From: Myxococcota bacterium
GTDB lineage: Bacteria > Myxococcota_A > UBA9160 > SMWR01
Length of the DNA: 64,000 nt
Reading direction: 5' to 3'
NCBI GenBank assembly: GCA_030749415.1
Contig: JASMKC010000023.1
Coordinates: 2,833-66,832 of the forward strand
The notes under the pieces: model-generated
Told to the model about the DNA's origin: nothing
What the model saw: only the letters and a program-made list of their open reading frames with translations
Database searches by the model: none
Shown here: positions 46,098 through 54,317 of the stretch, piece after piece
Layout of the letters: the number at the start of each line of letters is the position of its first letter
How positions within the stretch are numbered: position 1 is the first letter of the stretch
Position numbers and translations under genes: made by a program

Positions 46098-46350
46098 GGC
46101 TCGACTGCATCTTCGTCAACGCCGGAATCGGCGGTGCGCCATCGGCTAGGTCATCGATAGCGGGGCGGAAGACTGGGACTTCACTTTCGGTGTCCTGGTC
46201 CGCGGCGCCTTCCCGGGCATCGAGCACGTGTCCCAGGGCATGCAGGCCCAAGGCGGGGGGGGGCGCGAGCATCAACACGGCATCGGTCGCGGGTGTGACC
46301 GGCGTCTGCCCGCCCGTCGACGGCGGCCTCACGAGTCTCGGCGTCGACAT
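46098..46350 (+). pseudogene. decayed short-chain dehydrogenase/reductase (SDR)
   Basis: SDR motifs sit in two different frames: LDCIFVNAGIGG and GGGASINTASVAG in one, EDWDFTFGVLVRGAFPGIEHVSQGMQAQGGGG in another. The frames join at a G9 run (46255-46263). The N-terminal Rossmann region and the YxxxK region are missing. VDGGLT follows directly. Confidence 0.55.
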
Positions 46351-46463
46351 CCGCCGGACCATGGGCCGGGACGAAGCCGCCGCCTCGCCCCTCGCGGGCA
46401 TCACGGCCATCGACTACGGCAGCACCGGCGCGCCGCCCAAGATCCGGCCCGGAAGTAGCCGCT

Positions 46464-47108
46464 TTGAGCGCTGAAGACCGCAAGCTGATCGACGCAATCG
46501 TCGGAATGCGTGAGCAGGAGGCCGTCGAGCTCGCGACCGCGCGACTCGAGGCCGCCGGCGAGCCCCTCGAGATCCTGGATCTCTGCAAGCAGGCGATGGA
46601 CGTCGTCGGCCGGAATTTCGAAGAGGGTGAGTTCTTCATCCCCGAGCTGGTGATGGCCGGCGAGATCCTCTCGCAGATTTCGGCCGTGGTGAAGCCGCAC
46701 ATCGCGGTGGGCGCCAAGGCGCCGGGAGAGCGGCGAGCAACGGTACTGCTCGGCACTGTGCACGGAGACATCCACGACATCGGCAAGAACATCGTGGGCT
46801 TCATGCTCGATGTGAACGACTTCGAGGTCTGCGACCTGGGCGTCGATGTCACGCCGGAGCGCTTCATCGAGGCGATCGAGCGGCATGCCCCCGACGTGGT
46901 TGCGCTGAGCGGCTTCCTGACGCTCTCTTTCGGCTCGATGAAGCGCACCATCGAGGCGATCGCAGAGGCCGGGCTTCGCGACGACGTGAAGATCATGATC
47001 GGCGGCGGCCAGGTGGACGAGGCGATCCTCGAGTTCACCGGCGCCGATTCCTTTGGCGCCAATGCGATGAGCGCAGTCAATCTCTGCCGGCAGTGGGCGG
47101 ACGCGTGA
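46464..47108 (+). CDS. corrinoid (B12-binding) protein, canonical
   Basis: Cap domain FEEGEFFIPELVMAG. Canonical GTVHGDIHDIGKNIV. DVVALSGFLT and IMIGGG also present. TTG start. Confidence 0.9.
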   Translation: MSAEDRKLIDAIVGMREQEAVELATARLEAAGEPLEILDLCKQAMDVVGRNFEEGEFFIPELVMAGEILSQISAVVKPHIAVGAKAPGERRATVLLGTVHGDIHDIGKNIVGFMLDVNDFEVCDLGVDVTPERFIEAIERHAPDVVALSGFLTLSFGSMKRTIEAIAEAGLRDDVKIMIGGGQVDEAILEFTGADSFGANAMSAVNLCRQWADA

Positions 47109-48355
47109 ACGAGACCGGCACCGAACTCTTCGAGGAACGCTCGCAGCGGATTCGAGACGCCGTCGAGCTACGGGAGCCCGATCGCGTTCCCTTCTCCACG
47201 ATCTGGCACTTCTGGCCGGCGCGTTACGCCGGGATGACCTGCCGGGAGGCAATGTACGAGTACGATCGCTACAGCGCCGCGATGCGCAAGGCCGTGCTCG
47301 ATCTCGAGCCCGACTCCTTCGCGTTCATGCAGCCCGCCGTGAGCCTCGGGCCGGCGTTCGAGCAGCTGGGTTTCCGCATGCTCGAGTGGCCCGGTCATGG
47401 TGTCGATTCGGATTCCACGTACCAGTACATCGACCGCGAGTACATGAAGGCGGACGAGTACGACGACTTCCTCTTCGATCCCACGGGCTTCTTCCTGAGG
47501 AAGTACCTGCCGAGAGTCGCCGACGCCTTCGAGGGGTTCGCGGGCTTTCCGGACTTCCCCGCCTCTCCCTACTTTGGGCTCGTGCACGCGGCACCTGCGT
47601 TCGCGACGCCCGGGATGGCCGAGAGCTTCGAGCGGCTGGCGGGCGCCGGGCGGGAGATGATGCAGATGGTCGGGTCGGGCCTGCCGGTGGTCCAGGAGCT
47701 GGCCGAGCTCGGCTTCCCCACGGTCTTCGGCGGCTTCTCCATGGCGCCCTACGACTACATTGCCGACTACATGCGCGGCTCTCGCGGCGCCATGCTCGAC
47801 ATGTTCCGCCATGAAGAGAAGATGATCGCGGCGATCGAGAAGGCGCGCGCCATCATCGTTCGAGGCACGATCGAGCGCCCCTCCCCACTCCCCTCGAAGA
47901 CCGTGTTCATTCCGCTCCACTGGGGACTCGACGGATTCATGTCGGATGAGCAGTTTGCCAAGTTCTACTGGCCGCAGCTGCGCGAACTCCTGACGGCACT
48001 CATCGACGCCGATCTGACCCCGCTGGTGCTCTGGGAGGGGAACTGCGAATCTCGCCTCGAGAGAATTGCGGATATCCCGCCCGGCAAGGCCATCTACTTC
48101 TTCGAGCGCACCGATCCCTTCAAGGCGAAGGCTGTACTCGGCGACACCGTTTGCCTGCGGGGCTTTGTGCCGGCATCGATCCTGACTACCGGCAAGCCCG
48201 CCGAGGTCGAGGACTACTGCAAGCGGCTGATCGATGGCTGCGCGCCCGGGGGTGGGCTGATCGTCGATGGCTCGATCGGCATCCCCGACGACGCGCGGAT
48301 CGAGAACGTCTTTGCGATGCGCGACGCCGTCTGGAACTACGGACAGGCCCGGTAG
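47105..48355 (+). CDS. uroporphyrinogen-decarboxylase (UroD/MtaA/CmuA)-family corrinoid methyltransferase
   Basis: The GTG overlaps the upstream stop (GTGA). UroD-family TIM-barrel-like pattern over 416 aa (DRVPFST..., VFIPLHWGLDGF, GGGLIVDGSIGIP). Sits in a corrinoid operon. Confidence 0.75.
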   Translation: MNETGTELFEERSQRIRDAVELREPDRVPFSTIWHFWPARYAGMTCREAMYEYDRYSAAMRKAVLDLEPDSFAFMQPAVSLGPAFEQLGFRMLEWPGHGVDSDSTYQYIDREYMKADEYDDFLFDPTGFFLRKYLPRVADAFEGFAGFPDFPASPYFGLVHAAPAFATPGMAESFERLAGAGREMMQMVGSGLPVVQELAELGFPTVFGGFSMAPYDYIADYMRGSRGAMLDMFRHEEKMIAAIEKARAIIVRGTIERPSPLPSKTVFIPLHWGLDGFMSDEQFAKFYWPQLRELLTALIDADLTPLVLWEGNCESRLERIADIPPGKAIYFFERTDPFKAKAVLGDTVCLRGFVPASILTTGKPAEVEDYCKRLIDGCAPGGGLIVDGSIGIPDDARIENVFAMRDAVWNYGQAR

Positions 48356-48420
48356 CCGCACGTGACCGTGCACTCCTTGGCGAATCGGCGGACCCAGAGC
48401 GGGGAGCGAAAGGAGAACCG

Positions 48421-49131
48421 GTGCCGGTCGTGAGCGACGTCCCGCTCGAGATCTCGCTGGCCGAGCTGAAACGGCTGCGCACGCTCCACGGAAAGGACGG
48501 GCTGCACCCACGGCTTCGCGCGCTGCTTCCGGAGATCCTCGCCGAGGCGGTCGGGCAGAAGGTGCTCCAGCCCGCGGTCGCCTGGGAGTCGCGACGCCTT
48601 CTGGAAGCGACCGGCACTCGCGTTCGACTCGCCGGCGGGCCGGAGCTGGCGCGGGCGAAGGCCGTCGTCGAGTTGCTGGGTGAAGCGGACGAACTCGTCG
48701 CGGCGGTCGGCAGCATCGGCCCGGAACTCGATCTCATGGCTCGTGACTGGTCTGCGAGCGGACGTGAGCTGGACGCCTTCGTGCTCGGTGAGATCGGCAA
48801 TCTGGCCATCGGAAAGCTCGCCGATCGCATGCCGGAGATCATCTCGGAGTGGGCTGCCGGCCGCGGACTCGAAGCGAGCGGCGCACTCAGTCCGGGTGGA
48901 ACCGGAGTCGATCTCTCCGACCAGCGCGTCGTGGTCGAGCTTGCGAACGCCCAGCGAATCGGCGTCGATCTCACCAGCGGCCAAATGCTCGTACCGCTCA
49001 AGTCGATGTCCCTGTTGATTGGCCTGGGGCACGGGCTCCCGACGTGGACCCACGCGCAGGCGTGTGATCTCTGCGCTTCGCGCGAGCACTGTCGCCTGCG
49101 CCGGTCGAACTCGGAGCCCGCCGTCGCGTAG
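48421..49131 (+). CDS. MetH activation-domain-like protein (B12 methyltransferase reactivation/accessory)
   Basis: GTG 48421 follows AGGAGA. SPGGTGVDLSDQRVVVELANAQRIGVDLTSGQMLVPLKSMSLLIGLG matches the activation-domain core pattern. C-terminal CDLCASREHC. Confidence 0.6.
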   Translation: MPVVSDVPLEISLAELKRLRTLHGKDGLHPRLRALLPEILAEAVGQKVLQPAVAWESRRLLEATGTRVRLAGGPELARAKAVVELLGEADELVAAVGSIGPELDLMARDWSASGRELDAFVLGEIGNLAIGKLADRMPEIISEWAAGRGLEASGALSPGGTGVDLSDQRVVVELANAQRIGVDLTSGQMLVPLKSMSLLIGLGHGLPTWTHAQACDLCASREHCRLRRSNSEPAVA

Positions 49132-49157
49132 CGGGGGTCTGGCATTATGGTCACACG

Positions 49158-50672
49158 GTGAACGACCCGGTCCGGATCGACCTGCACCCCCTGGGTCGCA
49201 GCATTCAGGTGGAGCGAGGCACCAGCCTGCGCGATGTCCTCTACGCCTATGGCGTCGAGTTCCCGTGTGGAGGACAGGGGCGCTGCCGGCGCTGCCGGGT
49301 CCAGCTGCTGGAGGGCACGCTGCCCATCGGCGTCGAGGAGAGCGCCATCCTCTCCGACCGCGAGAAGGAGGAGGGCTGGCGGCTGGCCTGCCGCTGCCGG
49401 GTGGAGGCGCCGGTCACGCTGCAGGTGGAGCAGTTCCGGGCCCCGATTCTGGTGGATCACACGCCCTTCGCCTTCCAGCCGCGACCGGGCCATGGCGTGG
49501 CCGTGGACCTGGGGACCACCACCCTGGTGGCGCAGCTCCTCGATCTCGAGACCGGCAGGGTGCTGGCGGCCCAGACCGCACTCAACCCCCAGGGCGTCTC
49601 CGGCAGCGACATCATGCACCGCATCCAGTTCGCCCTGAACGAAGACGGGCGCAAGCAGCTGATGCAGCTGGTGCGCGACGCCGTGGCCGGGCTGGTGCGC
49701 CGCGCGGTGGCGAGCGCAGGGCTCCGCAGCGCCCCGTTGGAGACGCTGGTGCTGGTGGGAAATACGGCGATGCACCACCTCTTCTGCGGGCTTGACGTAG
49801 CGCCGTTGGCCGCCGTCCCGTTCGAGTCCGAGAGGATCGGCCTCCAGGAGTTCCGGGCCGACGAGATCGGCTGGCAGCTTCGGGGCAACCCGCGGATCCG
49901 CTTCCTGCCCTGTCTGGGAGGCTTCGTGGGCAGCGACCTGCTGGCCGGCGTGCTCGCCACCCGCCTGCACGAGCGCGATGAGCTCGCGGTGCTCGTAGAC
50001 CTGGGAACCAACGGCGAGATCGTGGCGGGGAATGCGCAGCGCATGCTCTGCACCTCCACCGCGGCGGGTCCCGCCTTCGAGGCCGGCGGAATCGAGATGG
50101 GAATGCAGGCCACGACCGGCGCCATCGACGGGGTGACGGCGGGCAACGGCGTCCTGGAGTGCCGCGTGCTGGGCGGCGGCGAGGCGCGCGGAATCTGTGG
50201 CAGCGGGTTGGTGGACGCGGTGGCCGCCGGCCTGGACCTGGGCTGGATCGAGCCCGGCGGTCGGCTTGCGGACGGCCGCAAGATTCTCCAGTTGGACGGC
50301 AGCGTGCATTTGACCCAGGGCGATATCCGCCAGTTGCAGCTGGCCAAGGGAGCCATCGCCGCGGGACTGAAAATCCTCCTCGAGCGCCTGGGCGCGGCAG
50401 CCGGGACCGCACCCCGGGTGAACCTGGCCGGGGCGTTCGGAAACTACGTGAACCGCGACAGCGCCCGGCGCATCGGCCTGCTCGACTACCCCGGCGCGAA
50501 CGTGGAGCCCGTGGGGAATACGGCGCTGCTAGGCGCGAAGTTGGCGCTATTCGCACCGGAGCGGGAGGCCCAGGAGATCTCGCAGCTGAGCGCGCGCATC
50601 GAGCACGTCTCGCTGGCGGCGGATCCGAGCTTCCAGAACGTCTTCATCGGCGAGTTGCGCTTCCCCGGCTGA
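49158..50672 (+). CDS. RACo-type reductive activator of corrinoid proteins (2Fe-2S ferredoxin plus ASKHA ATPase)
   Basis: N-terminal CGGQGRCRRC...C cluster. ASKHA motifs AVDLGTTTLVAQL and VLVDLGTNGEIV. ICGSGL also present. Confidence 0.85.
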   Translation: MNDPVRIDLHPLGRSIQVERGTSLRDVLYAYGVEFPCGGQGRCRRCRVQLLEGTLPIGVEESAILSDREKEEGWRLACRCRVEAPVTLQVEQFRAPILVDHTPFAFQPRPGHGVAVDLGTTTLVAQLLDLETGRVLAAQTALNPQGVSGSDIMHRIQFALNEDGRKQLMQLVRDAVAGLVRRAVASAGLRSAPLETLVLVGNTAMHHLFCGLDVAPLAAVPFESERIGLQEFRADEIGWQLRGNPRIRFLPCLGGFVGSDLLAGVLATRLHERDELAVLVDLGTNGEIVAGNAQRMLCTSTAAGPAFEAGGIEMGMQATTGAIDGVTAGNGVLECRVLGGGEARGICGSGLVDAVAAGLDLGWIEPGGRLADGRKILQLDGSVHLTQGDIRQLQLAKGAIAAGLKILLERLGAAAGTAPRVNLAGAFGNYVNRDSARRIGLLDYPGANVEPVGNTALLGAKLALFAPEREAQEISQLSARIEHVSLAADPSFQNVFIGELRFPG

Positions 50673-50716
50673 ACACCCGCAAACTCGAGTCGCGCAGCCG
50701 TACTCGAGCAACGCCT

Positions 50717-50810
50717 GAGCACCGGAAGCCCGAGCCGCGTTTCCCCGGGGTCCGGTCAGCAGACATTCTGTCCAATAGGGACCGGGGAGGGGATCCGGCC
50801 CAATACGAGG
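50717..50810 (+). repeat. copy of the interspersed 5' module
   Basis: gagcaccggaagcccgagccgcgtttccccggggtccggtcagcagacattctgtccaatagggaccggggaggggatccggcccaatacgagg, starting 45 nt after the upstream stop. Confidence 0.85.
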
Positions 50811-50865
50811 AGCAAGGGCATTTCAACCCCGAGGCGGGTAATCGATCGGACGTTCGGCGGGTCTC

Positions 50866-51432
50866 TCAGCGGGTCGAGGTGAGAGCCGCCACGATTGCGG
50901 CGGCGAGCTGCTCTGCCAGCTGCTTCTCGGCGCGCACCAGTGCCGCATAGCCCTCGCTCTCGAGCGGTATCGACCGCGCAAAGCGGTACTCCGTCGGGGC
51001 CGAGGCTGCACCCGACGTGATCTGGAAGCTCGCCACCAGCACTGCGTTGCCGGACATCGTGCCGTGAAACTGCTCCACGAAGACATCGACGCTCCGCTCC
51101 CACTGCGGCACCGAGCGGGTCACCATGCCGACCTCTTCGCCGAGTGCGTCAGCGATGGCGGCGCGCAGGAAGAGGGTCAACCCAACGTCGAGTGGCTCGG
51201 CCCATAAATGACTCCGTGCCGGACGCACCTCGTTCTCTGTGGTTTCGACCGCGAGGCCGGGCTGATTGAGATAGGCGGCGACCAGAACTCGACGCAGCCC
51301 AACGCGCGACCTGCTGGGGAGCACCTCTGCGGAGGGTGGGGCGTCGTAGCGGAGCAGGTACTCGGTCTTCGGGGGCGGCGCGCTGGCGCACGCCACCGCA
51401 AATACCAGCAGCAATCCGGGGACAGCTCTCAT
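50866..51432 (-). CDS. pqiC: PqiC/YmbA-like lipoprotein
   Basis: Lipobox LLVFAVAC. The start overlaps the pqiB stop (ATGA). It is the third gene of a pqi-type operon. Confidence 0.7.
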   Translation of the reverse strand: MRAVPGLLLVFAVACASAPPPKTEYLLRYDAPPSAEVLPSRSRVGLRRVLVAAYLNQPGLAVETTENEVRPARSHLWAEPLDVGLTLFLRAAIADALGEEVGMVTRSVPQWERSVDVFVEQFHGTMSGNAVLVASFQITSGAASAPTEYRFARSIPLESEGYAALVRAEKQLAEQLAAAIVAALTSTR

Positions 51433-53015
51433 TGGTTCCCCGCAGGCGGTATGAGGTCCGGCGAAACTCGGTGAGCGAAGATGAGTGAGTTCGGCTGTTC
51501 GTTCAGAGTGATCGCGAGCTCGCGGATGCTCTCTAGTGAGTGATCCAACCCGACCAGGGCGGCCAGCAGTTGTCCCTGCAGAGCGGAGTCCCCAGAAATA
51601 CTGTCGAGTGTCTGGCGCACGTTGGCCAGCGTGGCTTCGAGAGCAACGGGAAGCTCTTGCATCGATTCACTCGCGAGCAATCGATCGGCACTCCCGATCG
51701 CATCGCTGGCCGAGCTGGCCAACTGCTCGAGCGGCAGGTCGTTCAGCTTCGCGAGCAGATTCGAAACCTGGTATTCGAGGCCCTCGAGACCGGAGGGAAG
51801 CGTCGGAATCGTCTGCCGACCGGCGTAGCTCCCCAGTGCCGAACCCGCTTCGCGCTCGTGGATGTCGAGTGCGATGTATTTGCTCCCAGTGATGAGGCTC
51901 CCGGTCGCGAGGCTGGCGTGCATGCCGAGCGCAACGGAATTCTTGATGGCTTTTCGCATCTGGGCAGCGCCCGCTTTGTTGTCCGGCAAGAGCATCCGCC
52001 CCGGTTGGATCGTAATCAGAACGGGAATGGGTTCACCCGCACCTGAAATCGACAGCTCGTTTATCAGGATGTCTTCGACTCTACCGATCCGAAGGCCTCG
52101 GTAGTCTACCGGAGCTCCCGCCTTCAAACCTCGAATCGACTGGTCGAAACGAACGATGTACTCGAGCCCCACTCGGTAGGGATGCCGATTCATGCTCGCA
52201 TGATCGGGATAGAGATCGAAGGAGGCACCGTTTGAAACGGGTTCACCCGCCGGGACGCCCGTCGGCGCCCCGAAGCTCACCCCGCCGATCAAGAGCGTCA
52301 ACAGGGAGCCTGTTTCGATCTGGATACCGTCGGCTGTGGCGTTGAAGGAAATGCCGCTGGTGTTCCAGAAACGCGTCGAGCTGTTTATCAGCTGCTGGTA
52401 GTTTTCCTCGATGAAGACCGAGTACTGCATTTTTCCGGTCTCCACGTCGAACCTGGCGCTTTCGATGCGCCCGACGCGGAAGCCCTTGTGAAGAATGGGG
52501 TCGCCCGCGCTCACGGAGCCCGCCTTGTCTCCGATCAACTCGATCTTCAATCCGGGTGTTCCGGCCGGTGTGACGGGAGGCTCCGCCAGACCGACAAAGG
52601 AACTCCTCCTGCCCGGCGCATTGCCCGGTGAGAGTTGGATGTAGCCACCCGAAAGCAATGTGGAGATCCCCGACACCCCGCTGGTTCCGAGTCTTGCGGT
52701 CACCACCCAGAATTCGGTGTCTTCTCGGAGCAGCGGCTCGGTTTCCTTGTCGAGCCGCGCCTTCACGACGATGCTCTTCAAGTCTTCGCCGAGGCCCACG
52801 CTCTCGACCAGTCCGACGACTACGTCGAGAACCTTCACTTTGGTCTTTCCCGGCTCGATCCCGCTCGCGGTGGGGAACTCGATTTCGATCTTGGGCCCCT
52901 GGTTCTGGTAGGTGTAGATCAACATCCAGAAACCCAGCAACAGGGCAACCACCGGTACGATCCATATCGGTGAGATGCGCCTGCGTTCGGTCACCCTGGG
53001 CTTTGCATCAGTCAT
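51429..53015 (-). CDS. pqiB: PqiB-like multi-MCE-domain intermembrane transport protein
   Basis: N-terminal TM segment (ISPIWIVPVVALLLGFWM) followed by repeated MCE-like segments, 528 aa. Overlaps pqiA by 8 nt. Confidence 0.85.
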   Translation of the reverse strand: MTDAKPRVTERRRISPIWIVPVVALLLGFWMLIYTYQNQGPKIEIEFPTASGIEPGKTKVKVLDVVVGLVESVGLGEDLKSIVVKARLDKETEPLLREDTEFWVVTARLGTSGVSGISTLLSGGYIQLSPGNAPGRRSSFVGLAEPPVTPAGTPGLKIELIGDKAGSVSAGDPILHKGFRVGRIESARFDVETGKMQYSVFIEENYQQLINSSTRFWNTSGISFNATADGIQIETGSLLTLLIGGVSFGAPTGVPAGEPVSNGASFDLYPDHASMNRHPYRVGLEYIVRFDQSIRGLKAGAPVDYRGLRIGRVEDILINELSISGAGEPIPVLITIQPGRMLLPDNKAGAAQMRKAIKNSVALGMHASLATGSLITGSKYIALDIHEREAGSALGSYAGRQTIPTLPSGLEGLEYQVSNLLAKLNDLPLEQLASSASDAIGSADRLLASESMQELPVALEATLANVRQTLDSISGDSALQGQLLAALVGLDHSLESIRELAITLNEQPNSLIFAHRVSPDLIPPAGNQ

Positions 53016-53631
53016 GCGTTCTCTCCTCCTGGTCCCAGATCAGTCGTGGATCGAAGGCCTCGGCGGCTAGCATCGTGACGATTACCATCGCTCCGAAAGC
53101 GAGCGCGGCGGGTCCCGGCGTGATGACGAGCAAGCCGCCCAACTGAATCAGGGCGACGAGCACCGAGACCACGAAGACGTCGGTCATCGACCATTTCCCG
53201 ATCAGTTCCGTCACGCGGTAGATTCGAGTTCTCTGACGATGCGCCACCCCGTGCGAGCCCGAGATGCTCCAGGAAAGCCACGTCAAGGCGAATAGCTTGA
53301 CGATGGGAACGACCACGCTGGCGACGAAGATGACAGCCGCGATCGGGTACGAGCCGTGATGGATGAGAAGAAGGATGCCGCCGATGATCGTGCTCTCGGT
53401 GATGTTCCCCAGTTGGTTGGTGCTCATGATGGGCAGAACATTGGCCGGGATGTAGAGCAATGCTGCAGTGATCGTGAGCGCGATCGTCCTCTGTCTGCTG
53501 TCCGGAAGCCGGGTGTGAAGCGAGGCCCCACAGAGTCCGCAGGAATGTGCCGTGTTCGAACTCAGCTTCAGGCAGACGTGGCAGCAGGCAAGACCCCTGG
53601 ACGCCGCCGTCTCGGGAGAGGGCGACGTCAC
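53008..53631 (-). CDS. pqiA: PqiA-family membrane protein, second half-size paralog
   Basis: The GTG overlaps the upstream stop (GTGA). Motifs CHVC...CGLC followed by TM segments. Confidence 0.8.
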   Translation of the reverse strand: MTSPSPETAASRGLACCHVCLKLSSNTAHSCGLCGASLHTRLPDSRQRTIALTITAALLYIPANVLPIMSTNQLGNITESTIIGGILLLIHHGSYPIAAVIFVASVVVPIVKLFALTWLSWSISGSHGVAHRQRTRIYRVTELIGKWSMTDVFVVSVLVALIQLGGLLVITPGPAALAFGAMVIVTMLAAEAFDPRLIWDQEERTHD

Positions 53632-54239
53632 GCCTGACACGCTTCGATTTCCCGCCAGAGCTGGAAGCGATCGAGGCTGCCGATCGCTGCGATGAAGCAG
53701 AGAACGAAGCCGATATAGGCCCAGAAGGAGATGCCGATGATGACGGTCGCCATCGCTCCGATCTTCACCAGGCTGACGAGCACGCCGATGATGAAGACTT
53801 CCACCATGTTCCACGGATTGAGAGCAAAGAGAAGCCGCCCAGTCGGCACCAGCCAGGAAGACCGGGAGCGACGCCGCAGCGGCACCAGCAGTGCAATCAT
53901 CGTCACGAGCATCACAGCGGGGAGAACGGCGATGGGTAGCAGCACCATCCCCGCCAACACCGCGTACCCGTCTCGGTAAAGCTCGGCACCCGCGCGCGGG
54001 ATCGTCATGACCTTCTCCAGCCCGCTGGCGTGAAGCTCGAGAAAGGGAAAGCTGTTCGCCATCGCAAGCAGTACGGCGGCCGCGAGGGCGAAGGAGAGCG
54101 CGCGGTTCGTTGCTCCATCGTCTTGCGAGGTGAGGAATCGGTCGCAGCGCGGGCAACGCGCCCGCTGGCCGGACTCGAGGCCATCGAGTTCGAGCAGCAG
54201 GTCGCACTCGGGGCAGGCGTTACGCTGAACCTCCAGCAC
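53628..54239 (-). CDS. pqiA: PqiA-family membrane protein, first half-size paralog
   Basis: GTG start. Motifs CPEC...CPRC followed by 4 TM segments. Confidence 0.8.
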   Translation of the reverse strand: MLEVQRNACPECDLLLELDGLESGQRARCPRCDRFLTSQDDGATNRALSFALAAAVLLAMANSFPFLELHASGLEKVMTIPRAGAELYRDGYAVLAGMVLLPIAVLPAVMLVTMIALLVPLRRRSRSSWLVPTGRLLFALNPWNMVEVFIIGVLVSLVKIGAMATVIIGISFWAYIGFVLCFIAAIGSLDRFQLWREIEACQA

Positions 54240-54317
54240 GGGGGGAGCGTACTGCGAAACCCGCGGGCTTCCAGTTCATGCCAATGAGAATGTGCGAAGG
54301 TGCAGCCGGGTCCCGGA

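Noticed and set aside
48186-50309. 707-aa ORF antisense to the activation-domain-like and RACo genes (also 47168-48511, 49457-50356 and 49612-50556)
   Set aside because: Extreme Arg/Ala/Pro/Ser bias and no domains. The + strand genes have strong signatures and coupled starts.
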